Origin: an uncultured bacterium
Lineage (GTDB): Bacteria > Chlamydiota > Chlamydiia > Chlamydiales > 2-12-FULL-49-11
Length of the DNA: 64,000 bases
Assembly (NCBI GenBank): GCA_964552055.1
Contig: CAZKFL010000003.1
Span: forward strand, 21,614 to 85,613
Direction of reading: 5' to 3'
Shown here: positions 24,662 through 33,729 of the stretch, piece after piece
Numbering within the stretch: position 1 is the first letter of the stretch
Layout of the letters: each line of letters begins with the position of its first letter
Made by a program: the position numbers and the translations under genes
Notes under the pieces: generated by a model
Told to the model about the DNA's origin: nothing
The model's database searches: none
The model's input: the letters and a program-made list of their open reading frames with translations, nothing else

Positions 24662-27550
24662 ATGGTAAATAGTATGAGTGGTGATTTTAGATTAAGTGTT
24701 AGAGCTGAAGGACATGACTATCAATTTAGTTTAATCGAAACCACTCCTGATGAAGCAGATGTCACTTTGAATGGCGTTAGTTATTCTCTTACCACAAGTT
24801 CTGATAATGAGAGAATTAAACGAATAGTATTAGCTCATGTAGGCCTTCCCAAAACAGTGGAAGGATTAGTCAGAAATATCAGACATATTGATGGGATTGA
24901 AGAAGTTTCTTTTACTCCGATTGCGAAAACACATGCTGTTGCGGTATCTTCGCTGGCAGCTAAAGAAGCTGCTCCTGTTACTGCTGATCGAATTCAAGCG
25001 GCACGCGCATATTTGGACAAATTAAGAAGCAACCCTAGATTTTCAGGGGTTGTTCTAATTGGGGTTGGGGATGATATCGTGGCAGAGGAAGTTTTCCAGT
25101 CAGATAGTGTTGCCCAGAAACCGATCACGACTTCTATGCCATGGAATATTCAATCTATGGGTAAAAAATTCACTGAAGTAGCTATTATGCAGCTTGTTGA
25201 AGAAGACCTGATCAGTTTAGACACCCATATTCGTGATATTTTAACACTTGAAGATACTCAGTTGACCGATGCAGGGGAGTTTGAGCGCTTGTCTGGAGAA
25301 GATGATGGTGCTTGTTTACTCTCCTCTTCAGTGACAATAAGAGATCTATTAACGCATCGAGGAGGATTGGTAGGAGGATTTGAAGCTCCAGCACAATTTA
25401 TTTCTGAAGAAGTGGGAAAATACCACTACTCCAATCCAGGGTTTGCATTACTTGCTAAGGTTGTGGAAAGAGTGACTCATAAAAGTTTTGGTGATTATGT
25501 TAATGAGTATATTTGGAGGCCCTCAGGTATTACAGAATCTGCGAAATTTATTCACGAAGTGCCAAAAGCTAGTGATATTGCCGATCATTTCGTCTCTTCT
25601 ATGGTCGTAGAAGATATTAGGCCAACAAGTGCCACACCATCTCCTGCACATGGATATGGCTGTTTTTGGATGATGCCAAAGGATATGTGTAAATTTGCAT
25701 TGGCACTCGCAAACGGTGGGTTGTTTAAGAAACCAGAGACTGAAAAAATCCTTCACACACAAATATATGGTTGGGAACCTTCGTCTGACGAATTCCCTCA
25801 TTCGGGATATACATTTAATGGAAGAAGTCGTGATGCTTCATCACATTGTAGTATTGTTACCCAAAGAGATTTCCCAGATGCTCCAATTGCGGCTGTGGTT
25901 TTTTCAAATTTTACATTGGGAGCAGATGCAGGAGATGATATAATGCAAGCTTTATGTAACTTAAAATCTGTTCAATCTCTTAAAAAACAAGAAGAAGGAA
26001 TTGCATTTCTACAAAATCTTTTACAACTGCAAACAAGACAAGATAGGAAGGTTCTTCTTCAGGAATTTTTATCTACAAATCCAAATCCGAGTTATTTTTT
26101 TGACCTTAGCAGAACCTTGTTTGATAGAGGGCGAAATGACCTAATATCAGAAATAGCGGAAGGTTTGCCAAAAGAACTAAGGGATGATATATATACAGAT
26201 TTCAGCACTATTCCTGAACTTGTGGAAGTGGCTAAGTTATTTAAGTCTCCCGAAAGAGTAGCTGCTGAAAAAATGGATAGCTTATCCGAGTCAATGGCTA
26301 GAGAGGCATTTTTTTCGGGGTCGGTGCTTGTAGAAAAGGATGGTAAGGTGCTTCTTTGTAAAGGGTATGGAATGGCTACGGATTCGGTACCGAATGATTC
26401 ATCTTCTCGTTTTTATATTGCTTCTACAAGCAAACAATTTACAGCTGCCGCAATTATGAAACTTCAAGAAGCGGGAAAGATAGATCTACATAAATCAATT
26501 AATAACTATCTACCACCTGAATATCAATCTGAAAAATGGGAGGATGTTACTGTTCATCATCTTTTATCGAACACGTCAGGATTATATGATTTTCAAGATA
26601 CAGAAAATTTTGAAGAAAGATCTCGCTCTTTGACAGTGGATCAGATGATAAGAGAAGAAAAGGAGAAAGATTTAGAGTTTACGCCTGGATCTCAATTTGC
26701 ATATAGAAACGTGGGATATGAAATCCTTGGCAGTATTATTGAGCATGTTAGTGGAATGGCATATAGAGAATATCTATTGGAACATATTCTTATTCCTGCA
26801 GGAATGATCTCTTCAGATGTTCAAAGAGATGTCCACGAACTCGATCCTAGCACTTCTATTGGATACAAGTTAGATGATGAAGCAACAACGCTTGTTAAAG
26901 TCGTTCCAAAAGAGATTCGGCTTTTTCGTGCTGCTGGAGGTATTATATCAACTGTATCCGATCTAGCGAAATGGAGTCATGTACTCGATGATGGAGGGAG
27001 TGTTTTAAAAAAAGAATCGGTTGCCTTAATGACTACTCCAAATATAGATCATTATGGGTATGGGCTTGCTGAGATTGAAATGGGAGGAAAGAGGGTAATT
27101 CAGCATAATGGCGGTTTATCTGGCTATGCTTCCACATTTTGCAAGTATCCTGATGACAATCTTTTTATTACAATTTTGTCTAACAATCAATCAGTTGCAC
27201 TTGATAATCTTGCGGGGCGATTTGTAAATATTCTTTCTAATCCTGATAGTGTATCTGTTGAAGCAGTCCCTGCAGAAGGTATTGATTTATCCAAATTTGT
27301 TGGAATTTATAAATGTGAAGCAGAACCATTTCAATATAATTTTTCTCTTTCTTCGACGGGTAGATTGAATGTCGTGGATGTTTCCGGAGAAAGACCCTCT
27401 CCCATTTTTCACACATGCCTTTTATCTAATGGACACGTTTTTGTTCCTGAGATAGGACTTGAATTTGAAAAACGGGCCGATAGCAAAATGTATATGTATC
27501 ATCCTACGCAGAGTGATCCTATTGATGTTTTAAATCCTATAGAAAAATAA
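24662..27550 (+). CDS. 962-aa protein with two beta-lactamase-fold serine hydrolase domains
   Basis: Two SxxK sites (QSMGKKFTE and IASTSKQFTAAA). The second domain is closely similar to 23129..24658 (WEDVTVHHLLSNTSG, DLAKWSHVLD). Confidence 0.85.
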   Translation: MVNSMSGDFRLSVRAEGHDYQFSLIETTPDEADVTLNGVSYSLTTSSDNERIKRIVLAHVGLPKTVEGLVRNIRHIDGIEEVSFTPIAKTHAVAVSSLAAKEAAPVTADRIQAARAYLDKLRSNPRFSGVVLIGVGDDIVAEEVFQSDSVAQKPITTSMPWNIQSMGKKFTEVAIMQLVEEDLISLDTHIRDILTLEDTQLTDAGEFERLSGEDDGACLLSSSVTIRDLLTHRGGLVGGFEAPAQFISEEVGKYHYSNPGFALLAKVVERVTHKSFGDYVNEYIWRPSGITESAKFIHEVPKASDIADHFVSSMVVEDIRPTSATPSPAHGYGCFWMMPKDMCKFALALANGGLFKKPETEKILHTQIYGWEPSSDEFPHSGYTFNGRSRDASSHCSIVTQRDFPDAPIAAVVFSNFTLGADAGDDIMQALCNLKSVQSLKKQEEGIAFLQNLLQLQTRQDRKVLLQEFLSTNPNPSYFFDLSRTLFDRGRNDLISEIAEGLPKELRDDIYTDFSTIPELVEVAKLFKSPERVAAEKMDSLSESMAREAFFSGSVLVEKDGKVLLCKGYGMATDSVPNDSSSRFYIASTSKQFTAAAIMKLQEAGKIDLHKSINNYLPPEYQSEKWEDVTVHHLLSNTSGLYDFQDTENFEERSRSLTVDQMIREEKEKDLEFTPGSQFAYRNVGYEILGSIIEHVSGMAYREYLLEHILIPAGMISSDVQRDVHELDPSTSIGYKLDDEATTLVKVVPKEIRLFRAAGGIISTVSDLAKWSHVLDDGGSVLKKESVALMTTPNIDHYGYGLAEIEMGGKRVIQHNGGLSGYASTFCKYPDDNLFITILSNNQSVALDNLAGRFVNILSNPDSVSVEAVPAEGIDLSKFVGIYKCEAEPFQYNFSLSSTGRLNVVDVSGERPSPIFHTCLLSNGHVFVPEIGLEFEKRADSKMYMYHPTQSDPIDVLNPIEK

Positions 27551-27615
27551 AAAATTATTTTATTCTTTCTCCATCTAATATAAAATTGAACTGATTTCTA
27601 ATGCAGGAGTAAAAT

Positions 27616-27834
27616 ATGCCTCTGATTCAGGGCAGCAGCGAAGAAAGCATACATGCGAATATAAAAAAACTGATAGGGGAAGGGTATAAAAGAAAGCAAG
27701 CCGTTGCGATTGCTTATAGCATAGCAGAAAAGGCGAAAAGCAATGACGACCAAATTGAGAAAAAGCCACTTCAATACAAAAATCATTACATAAGTTCATC
27801 TGAACGAGATCCTCAGCAGTTTCCATATCTATAA
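27616..27834 (+). CDS. small conserved phage/plasmid-associated protein
   Basis: MPLIQGSSEESIHANIKKLIGEGYKRKQAVAIAYSIA resembles a small family I recall from phage contexts. This is from memory and unverified. The two antisense track ORFs here are shadows. Confidence 0.45.
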   Translation: MPLIQGSSEESIHANIKKLIGEGYKRKQAVAIAYSIAEKAKSNDDQIEKKPLQYKNHYISSSERDPQQFPYL

Positions 27835-27932
27835 GAGGCAATTCCTTTCAAAGATAAAATAAATATGTGTAGTTATTAAGAATATTTTATTAAGATCAAT
27901 CGGTTTAAAATAATTCCAGCATAGGATCTTAT

Positions 27933-28454
27933 ATGACAAATACAAAAATGAAAATGCCAGTTCTAATTGAACCACTAATCAGCACTCTTCATAACATTCA
28001 ATCCAAAATTGATGATGCTGCCGGTGCTCTGATTGCACTAGAATTACGGCTGCGCATCATAGCGCAACTTGAACCCAAAGTACAAGAGGAACTAAAAAAG
28101 AAAACTTCAGATTTTTTCTATGAAGCTAATTTGAGTTATCTTATCACTGCTGTGCTAGAAGTATTTCAAGAAAAACTTGATCCAGCAGAACAAGAGCTAA
28201 TAAAAAGTTGCAGAATGCCCCGAAATAAGCTGGCTCACGCAAGTTTTGTAGAATTTTTGATTGAATTAAATGGAGAAGCGGAAGGAAGAGTGATTGACCC
28301 AAAAACTGGGAAAAAAAACTCGTTAGAAAAACACGATCTTGTAGAGGGAGCAAAATGTATAGAACGGGGCTCTGGATTACCTCAATTTTCTAGCAAAGTT
28401 AAAATAACGATACAAATTCTCGAATCAAAAATTATGCGACATCTAGAAACTTAA
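27933..28454 (+). CDS. HEPN-motif protein (candidate RNase / abortive-infection-type)
   Basis: All-helical 173-aa protein with an Rx4H motif of the RNxxAH type (RNKLAH, nt 28221-28238). Confidence 0.5.
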   Translation: MTNTKMKMPVLIEPLISTLHNIQSKIDDAAGALIALELRLRIIAQLEPKVQEELKKKTSDFFYEANLSYLITAVLEVFQEKLDPAEQELIKSCRMPRNKLAHASFVEFLIELNGEAEGRVIDPKTGKKNSLEKHDLVEGAKCIERGSGLPQFSSKVKITIQILESKIMRHLET

Positions 28455-28460
28455 TCTGAG

Positions 28461-28709
28461 CTACTTACTCCAATCTCTAGGATCAGGGAAAACCTCAGGG
28501 ACATAGAGGGCAAAGTCTTTAGCTTCTCGGTCACATATGAAGACAGAGGTGACTGCTGAAGTGCTGCCGGTTTCTACCTTGTCGTTTTCAAAGCAGGCGC
28601 TGGACCAGGCTTTTTCTATTGCTATTTGTTCCGTTGGAGCTTCAACCTCTACCATAAAATATTGGGTAAAGGAGAGACCGACGCGCCATTTTGGAAACTT
28701 TTTAGCCAT
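28461..28709 (-). CDS. hypothetical phage protein
   Basis: 82-aa ORF lying 18 nt downstream of the fibre gene on the same strand. Confidence 0.4.
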   Translation of the reverse strand: MAKKFPKWRVGLSFTQYFMVEVEAPTEQIAIEKAWSSACFENDKVETGSTSAVTSVFICDREAKDFALYVPEVFPDPRDWSK

Positions 28710-28727
28710 AGTTTGCCATATCCTTTC

Positions 28728-29432
28728 TTACGTTACGTCGATATTTCCTTGAGAGATACCTGTGCATGTCCAATCTGTATTTGCTACTGTGCAAAGAAGT
28801 TGAATAGCGTCATACTGATTACTTGAGTCTAAGTGACCTCCTGTACCAGTTGTGGTATCTTGATTACCAAAATGAATTGTTTGCCCTGCATTTTGAGCAA
28901 TTTGCCAACCACCAGATCCATGTCCGATTATCCAAACAAGATCGCCAAAGTCAGACACTGTAGGAAGGGTCGCGGTGACAAGAGCTGTGTTATTTGTAAC
29001 ATATCCCGTGTTGATTGCCATTGTTTGGGTAGTATTTGTTACTTCAAGGAAAGGAATTATAATAGCCGGGGGAGCCCACTTAACACCTTCTGGCAGGGAA
29101 GAATCTGTGGTTAGAACTTGATTATCGGGTCCTGCCGGAAGTCGGATGTTATTGGAGGCTGTCCGGACTAGCAAATCTCCTTGGGTGGTAAGGGGAGAAA
29201 TATTGTCAAATGCAGTAGAGGGGTCGGCAACATCTGAAAGATTGTTCGCTACTTCGAGTAAATCGGCGATTGTTGTTCCTGAATCTTGGATGACCTTTCC
29301 TGTATTATCGGCATAGGTTGCAATGTCACCCTGAATAGAAGAATTGGGTCCAATGACATTGCCCGTACTACTGCCTCCAGTCCCAGATTTATCCAGATTG
29401 TTCGTAAATGGGTTGTATCCGTAAATACTCAT
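28728..29432 (-). CDS. tail fibre / receptor-binding protein, third copy of the GGW-IAQN tip domain
   Basis: The C-terminal ~95 aa (GYVTNNTALVTATLP...GSGGWQIAQNAGQTIHFGN...TGGHLDSS...LLCTVANTDW) are paralogous to 46931..47596 and 48139..48801. Also has the QVLTTDSSLPEGVKWA motif. Confidence 0.7.
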   Translation of the reverse strand: MSIYGYNPFTNNLDKSGTGGSSTGNVIGPNSSIQGDIATYADNTGKVIQDSGTTIADLLEVANNLSDVADPSTAFDNISPLTTQGDLLVRTASNNIRLPAGPDNQVLTTDSSLPEGVKWAPPAIIIPFLEVTNTTQTMAINTGYVTNNTALVTATLPTVSDFGDLVWIIGHGSGGWQIAQNAGQTIHFGNQDTTTGTGGHLDSSNQYDAIQLLCTVANTDWTCTGISQGNIDVT

Positions 29433-29440
29433 GATTTCCC

Positions 29441-29716
29441 CTATGAAAAATAAGTCGCGCGGTTAGTCCAGCTATAAATGAAGCCGGCTCCCGCATCAGG
29501 TATCTGGACTCGACTAATAAAATTATTGCTGTCATAGCTAAGTTTGCGGATAAACCAAGTCGTATTATTGACATTTTCATTTGGAACTGCAGAAAAACCT
29601 ACAAAAAGAGGCCTTCCCGCGCTATCATTATCGAGCCTCTGTTCATAGAAATCATTAGTTCCTAAAGTAGAGGCGAGGTTATTGATTTGATCAAAAACAT
29701 TAATAGGGATGGGCAT
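29441..29716 (-). CDS. hypothetical phage protein upstream of the outlying fibre gene
   Basis: 91-aa ORF ending 8 nt before the fibre start. Confidence 0.4.
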   Translation of the reverse strand: MPIPINVFDQINNLASTLGTNDFYEQRLDNDSAGRPLFVGFSAVPNENVNNTTWFIRKLSYDSNNFISRVQIPDAGAGFIYSWTNRATYFS

Positions 29717-30041
29717 GAATCACTCCTTTGACCAAAGTCTAAGGCTATTTGATGCTCGTCCAACAAAAAGGAATTTTGTACCAAACTACTAGTCTTCTCG
29801 ATATTGCGACCTGTAAGTACAGCTATCACTTTTTTGGGTAGTATCTTCCTTCAAGTCTTCTTGATAAGCTGGAGATAGCATAGCAGTACCTTGAATAAAC
29901 TCAGGTATCGACATCCCTTCGAGTGATTCCTCATGTCTAACATTTGGCATAGCACAGCCTTGTGCAATGGTTACTTTTTTTTAAAATGTGATGTTAGTTT
30001 GGTTTAGAGGAGTAATTGAGTTCTTACGGGTCTTAAAAGAC

Positions 30042-30392
30042 CTATACTGTTGCTGTTCTATGAGCTGCCTTATACTCACCAAAACTATTTTGATCATAGG
30101 AAGAATTACCCATTCTTGCGGTATAATGAGCTTTGACTTTCGTTTTAATTAAATTCGTGACCGTCTCATTTTGACTCATTGAGTCTAACATGAACCACTG
30201 ACACCAATGTTCTCCGGACTGATCTACTTTTTTAAAACTAGGGGCAGCAATAAATATACTGCTTCCATCCTTTGTTCTTTGCACTTTATAACGCAAAATG
30301 ATTTGTCCAAAAAACCTGAGGCTTGCAACGCCAAGATACTTTTCCGCAGGAGTCTCATCGAAAGTTAAGAATTCAACTTGAGTCTCTTCCAT
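30042..30392 (-). CDS. hypothetical phage protein, possibly SpoVG-like
   Basis: The pattern GVASLRFFGQIILRYKVQRTKDGSSIFIAAPSFKK loosely parallels SpoVG (AIASITLD..FVVHDIRVI.G.NGLFVAMPSKR). The similarity is weak. Confidence 0.4.
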   Translation of the reverse strand: MEETQVEFLTFDETPAEKYLGVASLRFFGQIILRYKVQRTKDGSSIFIAAPSFKKVDQSGEHWCQWFMLDSMSQNETVTNLIKTKVKAHYTARMGNSSYDQNSFGEYKAAHRTATV

Positions 30393-30551
30393 ATGCTTGA
30401 TTTCCTATTGTTAATATTTAGTCTCCTTCGGATTTGATTGACCCTCGCATAACAGAAAGCCGGCATCATTACCGAGTAGTATGCGGCATTATTTGCCACC
30501 TGAATACGTACCCACAATAAAGACTTTACCCTAATAATACAAAGCTAATTT

Positions 30552-31064
30552 TCATTTTTCAAAAATTTTATCCATTGGCATTGGAGCATGTTCCTCTATT
30601 ATTTCCCGAATCAATTGAGATACAGAATAGATCTCTCCTTTTTGACTTGATTTTTCAATAGCAAGACGCTTTAAAAACTTATGGTAATCTTTTTCCACTC
30701 TGATACAGACCATTGTTGATTCTTTAAACGACCTTTTTCCTTCTTTCTTTTTATTACCAGGCATCTCTGATAATGGCCTCCGATTGTGGGGGCCTACCCA
30801 TCTACAATTCTCCTTGCAAAAATTATGATCAAGACTAATAAGCTCAATCCCATCACAATCATCTGGCCTAGGGCCCATGTCTTCAAAAAACTTTATGAAA
30901 GAGCTCTTCCATTCGGGGCACATTGTAATGCCGCGACCGCCGTAACTCTTGTAGCTTTTCGCGTTTTTGTTGAAGCAAAGCATCTTGATCCTGATCCAAG
31001 TCTTGTGCTCCTTGGATTTTGTCATTTTGTGTGTTGTCATGTGTCTTGGGTTCCTTGAATTCAA
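30552..31064 (-). CDS. phage DNA-binding protein of the W..M..RC...Y..YGGRGI family
   Basis: KTWIRIKMLCFNKNAKSYKSYGGRGITMCPEWKSSFIKFFEDMGPRP...NCRW. The real start is probably the ATG at 31040 or 31025. Confidence 0.6.
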   Translation of the reverse strand: MNSRNPRHMTTHKMTKSKEHKTWIRIKMLCFNKNAKSYKSYGGRGITMCPEWKSSFIKFFEDMGPRPDDCDGIELISLDHNFCKENCRWVGPHNRRPLSEMPGNKKKEGKRSFKESTMVCIRVEKDYHKFLKRLAIEKSSQKGEIYSVSQLIREIIEEHAPMPMDKIFEK

Positions 31065-31509
31065 AATTTATCTCATCGTCATTTACTGGGAATTCTCTAA
31101 GGATCAACCCACGTAAAAACTTTGGAATGGAAATATTTTTCTCATCGGCAAGCTTTTTAATTACGATGAAGTTTTCAAAAGGGATAGAAAATGAAACGAT
31201 TTGATTCTCATCTCGCTTCCAATGTGTAGGTCCAAATGTCTGAACATGATTATTTGGATTTAACGGATGATTTTTTTTATGCACTACCCCATGGCATGTA
31301 TTACAGAGCCAATATATTGATAGTGGCCTTCCATAATCAACATGATGTGCCTTAAGTTTACTATGCTCCAATGTGCAAAGGTCACAGCAAGAGGGCTTTT
31401 CTATTCTTCCCTCTTTTAAAGCTTTCGCGACATCTCGCCGTGCAATGGCTTTCCTCTTATATTCTAAACATTCATCATCTTTGACTTTATATTTCCCCGG
31501 AAACGTCAT
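30883..31509 (-). CDS. HNH endonuclease-motif protein with an RHH-like C-terminal region
   Basis: CCDLC...LKAHHVDYGRPLSIYWLCNTCHGVVH (HNH / zinc-finger pattern). The low-complexity tail overlaps the next gene by >140 nt. Confidence 0.6.
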   Translation of the reverse strand: MTFPGKYKVKDDECLEYKRKAIARRDVAKALKEGRIEKPSCCDLCTLEHSKLKAHHVDYGRPLSIYWLCNTCHGVVHKKNHPLNPNNHVQTFGPTHWKRDENQIVSFSIPFENFIVIKKLADEKNISIPKFLRGLILREFPVNDDEINFEFKEPKTHDNTQNDKIQGAQDLDQDQDALLQQKREKLQELRRSRHYNVPRMEELFHKVF

Positions 31510-31512
31510 AAA

Positions 31513-31731
31513 TTAGCACTTCACCTTTTTGGGTCGTCCTTTTGATCTAGAAACAGGCTTTACTTGCCCACCAGTAATAAAATAAATTTTTTGAGCCGTT
31601 TCTTCAGCGATTGTTTCATTCTTTTTTGCCTTCCAAATTACTTGCCGAGTGCATCCTGAAAGCCTAGCCAGTTCATTAGTCTCCATATTGTTTTTTCTTA
31701 ACCAACGCTCAAGTTCCGTAGATTGTTTCAT
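31513..31731 (-). CDS. Cro/CI-type helix-turn-helix regulator
   Basis: The HTH segment TNELARLSGCTRQVIWKAKKN. It is divergent from the rightward early operon across a 138-nt promoter region. Confidence 0.65.
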   Translation of the reverse strand: MKQSTELERWLRKNNMETNELARLSGCTRQVIWKAKKNETIAEETAQKIYFITGGQVKPVSRSKGRPKKVKC

Positions 31732-31835
31732 CTCTCCTTAAACCCCTTTTAAATTTTTTCAGTATATCGCACTGTAAATTGTTTTTGTTAATCTTTTTAG
31801 TTTGCTTAAAACCTTGATATGTATAAATTTCTGTC

Positions 31836-31852
31836 CACAAGTCTCCAAAGGT
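31836..31852 (+). promoter_or_regulatory. 17-bp element CACAAGTCTCCAAAGGT, copy 1 (copy 2 at 32710-32726)
   Basis: An exact 17-nt repeat found upstream of two rightward genes (31870 and 32818). I found no other copy by eye. Confidence 0.4.
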
Positions 31853-31869
31853 AAAAAAGGACCCAAATC

Positions 31870-32139
31870 ATGATTAGAAAAAAAATAGATAAATTATTCC
31901 TAAAGTCGCTCACTTTAGAGCGCGCTATAAATGAAATTTTTGAATTAACGGAAACATTCAAGTACGACCTAATCAAAGCTAAAAGAGCTAGCGAGAAATC
32001 TGGAAAATATACCGTTTCCTGCCTCTTTCGAGTCCGTCAACTCCTCATTGACCTAGAAAAACTAGGATCACAATTTCGCAAATTATCCATTTCGTATGAA
32101 AAAGATCTACAAAAGAATAAAAAGGACCCAAATGAATAA
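31870..32139 (+). CDS. hypothetical basic helical protein (first gene of the rightward early operon)
   Basis: 89-aa ORF overlapping the next start by 8 nt. Confidence 0.5.
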   Translation: MIRKKIDKLFLKSLTLERAINEIFELTETFKYDLIKAKRASEKSGKYTVSCLFRVRQLLIDLEKLGSQFRKLSISYEKDLQKNKKDPNE

Positions 32140-32689
32140 TTCAGATGAGATCCCTCCAGGATATGCCAGAGTCACAGAAGTCCTTCAAGCGTACACATCC
32201 TTTGATGGAATTGATCCTGCTGTTCTTGCAAAAGCAGCAGAGAGAGGGACTCGAGTTCATAAATACTGCGAGCTTTATACACAAAATCTACTCATTGAAA
32301 AAATAGATAATGATTGCCTTCCATACGTTCAAAGTTTCATTCAATGGTTTGATAAAATGATTGAAGAGGTCTGGATAAGTGAAATGAGACTTTCTTGCAG
32401 TAAGTATCGCATCACAGGCAAACTCGATATGATTGCCACCATTAAAGGAGATAAAACCGAGACCCTAATTGATCTAAAAACTCCGCAGCAAGCAAGCCTT
32501 TCATGGCAATTGCAAACCGCCGCGTACCGCTATCTTATGAAGGCAAGCCAAGGTATCGATATTTCAAGGCGCATTTGCCTGATCTTGGACAGAAATGGTA
32601 CCCTACCAAAAGTCATCGAATATACTAATCACGAAGCAGATGAGCGCTTATTTTTAAATGCTGTTGAGCTCTTCCATTTTTTTAAATAG
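32132..32689 (+). CDS. PD-(D/E)XK nuclease (Cas4 / lambda-Exo / YqaJ-like)
   Basis: GTRVH...GKLDM...LIDLKT...QLQTAAY matches D...(D/E)xK...QxxxY. I prefer the ATG at 32132 (MNNSDE...). Confidence 0.65.
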   Translation: MNNSDEIPPGYARVTEVLQAYTSFDGIDPAVLAKAAERGTRVHKYCELYTQNLLIEKIDNDCLPYVQSFIQWFDKMIEEVWISEMRLSCSKYRITGKLDMIATIKGDKTETLIDLKTPQQASLSWQLQTAAYRYLMKASQGIDISRRICLILDRNGTLPKVIEYTNHEADERLFLNAVELFHFFK

Positions 32690-32709
32690 AAATGCCAAAA
32701 AAAGGTTCT

Positions 32710-32726
32710 CACAAGTCTCCAAAGGT
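32710..32726 (+). promoter_or_regulatory. 17-bp element CACAAGTCTCCAAAGGT, copy 2
   Basis: See 31836..31852. Confidence 0.4.
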
Positions 32727-32817
32727 TAATTTTTTTGCTCTAAGAGTGCTTTTCTAGTAGGCAAAATTCATGTGATTACATATCGTGTTGCGTATAACAA
32801 ATGGTAGAGTCTAAAAA

Positions 32818-33117
32818 ATGGATTTGAGCTACAAAATACAAATAGCCTACGAAGCACAAACAGACCGAATGATTGATGAAATGTACAGCCCCACCTGCAT
32901 TGAATGCGAAATGTGCCGTGAATACTTTTATTCAAACTGTGCTCTTGGAATAAAATACGACTCAAATCTAGACTTTTGTTCTGACAGGTGTGTTGATCTT
33001 TGGGAAGAAACATTTTCACATGACTATGCAGAAGGGGAATTTAACAACCTGGACAACCAGTCATCCATACACCCATCTTTCTGTACACCCAATCATACAA
33101 TAAACCAAAAGGATTAA
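32818..33117 (+). CDS. hypothetical Cys-rich (zinc-finger-like) protein
   Basis: CIECEMC...C...CSDRC pattern. 99 aa. Confidence 0.45.
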   Translation: MDLSYKIQIAYEAQTDRMIDEMYSPTCIECEMCREYFYSNCALGIKYDSNLDFCSDRCVDLWEETFSHDYAEGEFNNLDNQSSIHPSFCTPNHTINQKD

Positions 33118-33120
33118 CAT

Positions 33121-33720
33121 ATGTTCGATTTTGAAGAGGCTAATGAGGCGATTAAGAAAAATGAACTCCTGAACATTGAAGCAGGGGGCATGACCATTGA
33201 GCAAGCAACTCAATTGCTAGTTAAAAAACTCGATCTTACCCCACTAATTTCTAAAGCATCAAATCATGCGATTGAAAATGAGGAGAGTGCTAGTCAAGCT
33301 CTATCCATGAGCCTTCAGGCTAGAAAAATTCGCAAGCAACTCGACGAAACCAGACTCTCTATTATCCGACCTCATCTTGATTTTCAAAAAGCGATAAACA
33401 AAATCGTCAAAGAATACGAAGCAAAACTCGAAGAAATCGAAACCAATCTTAAGATGAAATTAGACACCTACCTCCAACAATCTGCCTCAACAAACAATTC
33501 TTCCTTCATTGCCCAATCAAAAGAAATGTTCGTTGAAGATGGCAAACTCACAAAAGTAAAAAAGTGGGTCTGGGAATTAGAAAATGAAACCTTAGTTCCT
33601 CGAGAATATTTATGTTTAGACACAAAGAAAATTGACGAAGCCATTAAACAAGGAGTTCGCAATATCCCGGGACTTAAAATCTTTGAAAAAGAAGAAATCA
33701 GCATGAGAATCAAAAATTAA
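33121..33720 (+). CDS. hypothetical coiled-coil protein of the recombination module
   Basis: 199-aa ORF packed tightly between neighbouring genes. Confidence 0.5.
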   Translation: MFDFEEANEAIKKNELLNIEAGGMTIEQATQLLVKKLDLTPLISKASNHAIENEESASQALSMSLQARKIRKQLDETRLSIIRPHLDFQKAINKIVKEYEAKLEEIETNLKMKLDTYLQQSASTNNSSFIAQSKEMFVEDGKLTKVKKWVWELENETLVPREYLCLDTKKIDEAIKQGVRNIPGLKIFEKEEISMRIKN

Positions 33721-33729
33721 GGAGACCCC

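Noticed and set aside
23129-27550. Antibiotic-resistance beta-lactamases.
   Set aside because: SxxK and YxN motifs are present, but the KTG box is replaced (HEG/HNGG). The proteins also carry large extra N- and C-terminal domains, and one is a tandem fusion. This is typical of the broad esterase / PBP4*-like serine hydrolase family rather than of class A or C beta-lactamases.
27551-27932. A phage attachment site or integrase at the left boundary of the phage element.
   Set aside because: No tyrosine or serine recombinase ORF and no tRNA lies here. The matching right end is outside the window, so no att repeat can be evaluated. The boundary is left approximate.
29789-29950. A 53-codon minus-strand ORF (MPNVRHEESLEGMSIPEFIQ...) in the 325-nt gap between 29716 and 30042.
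   Set aside because: It is below the track threshold, I could identify no clear RBS and no recognisable motif, so it is not reported as a feature.
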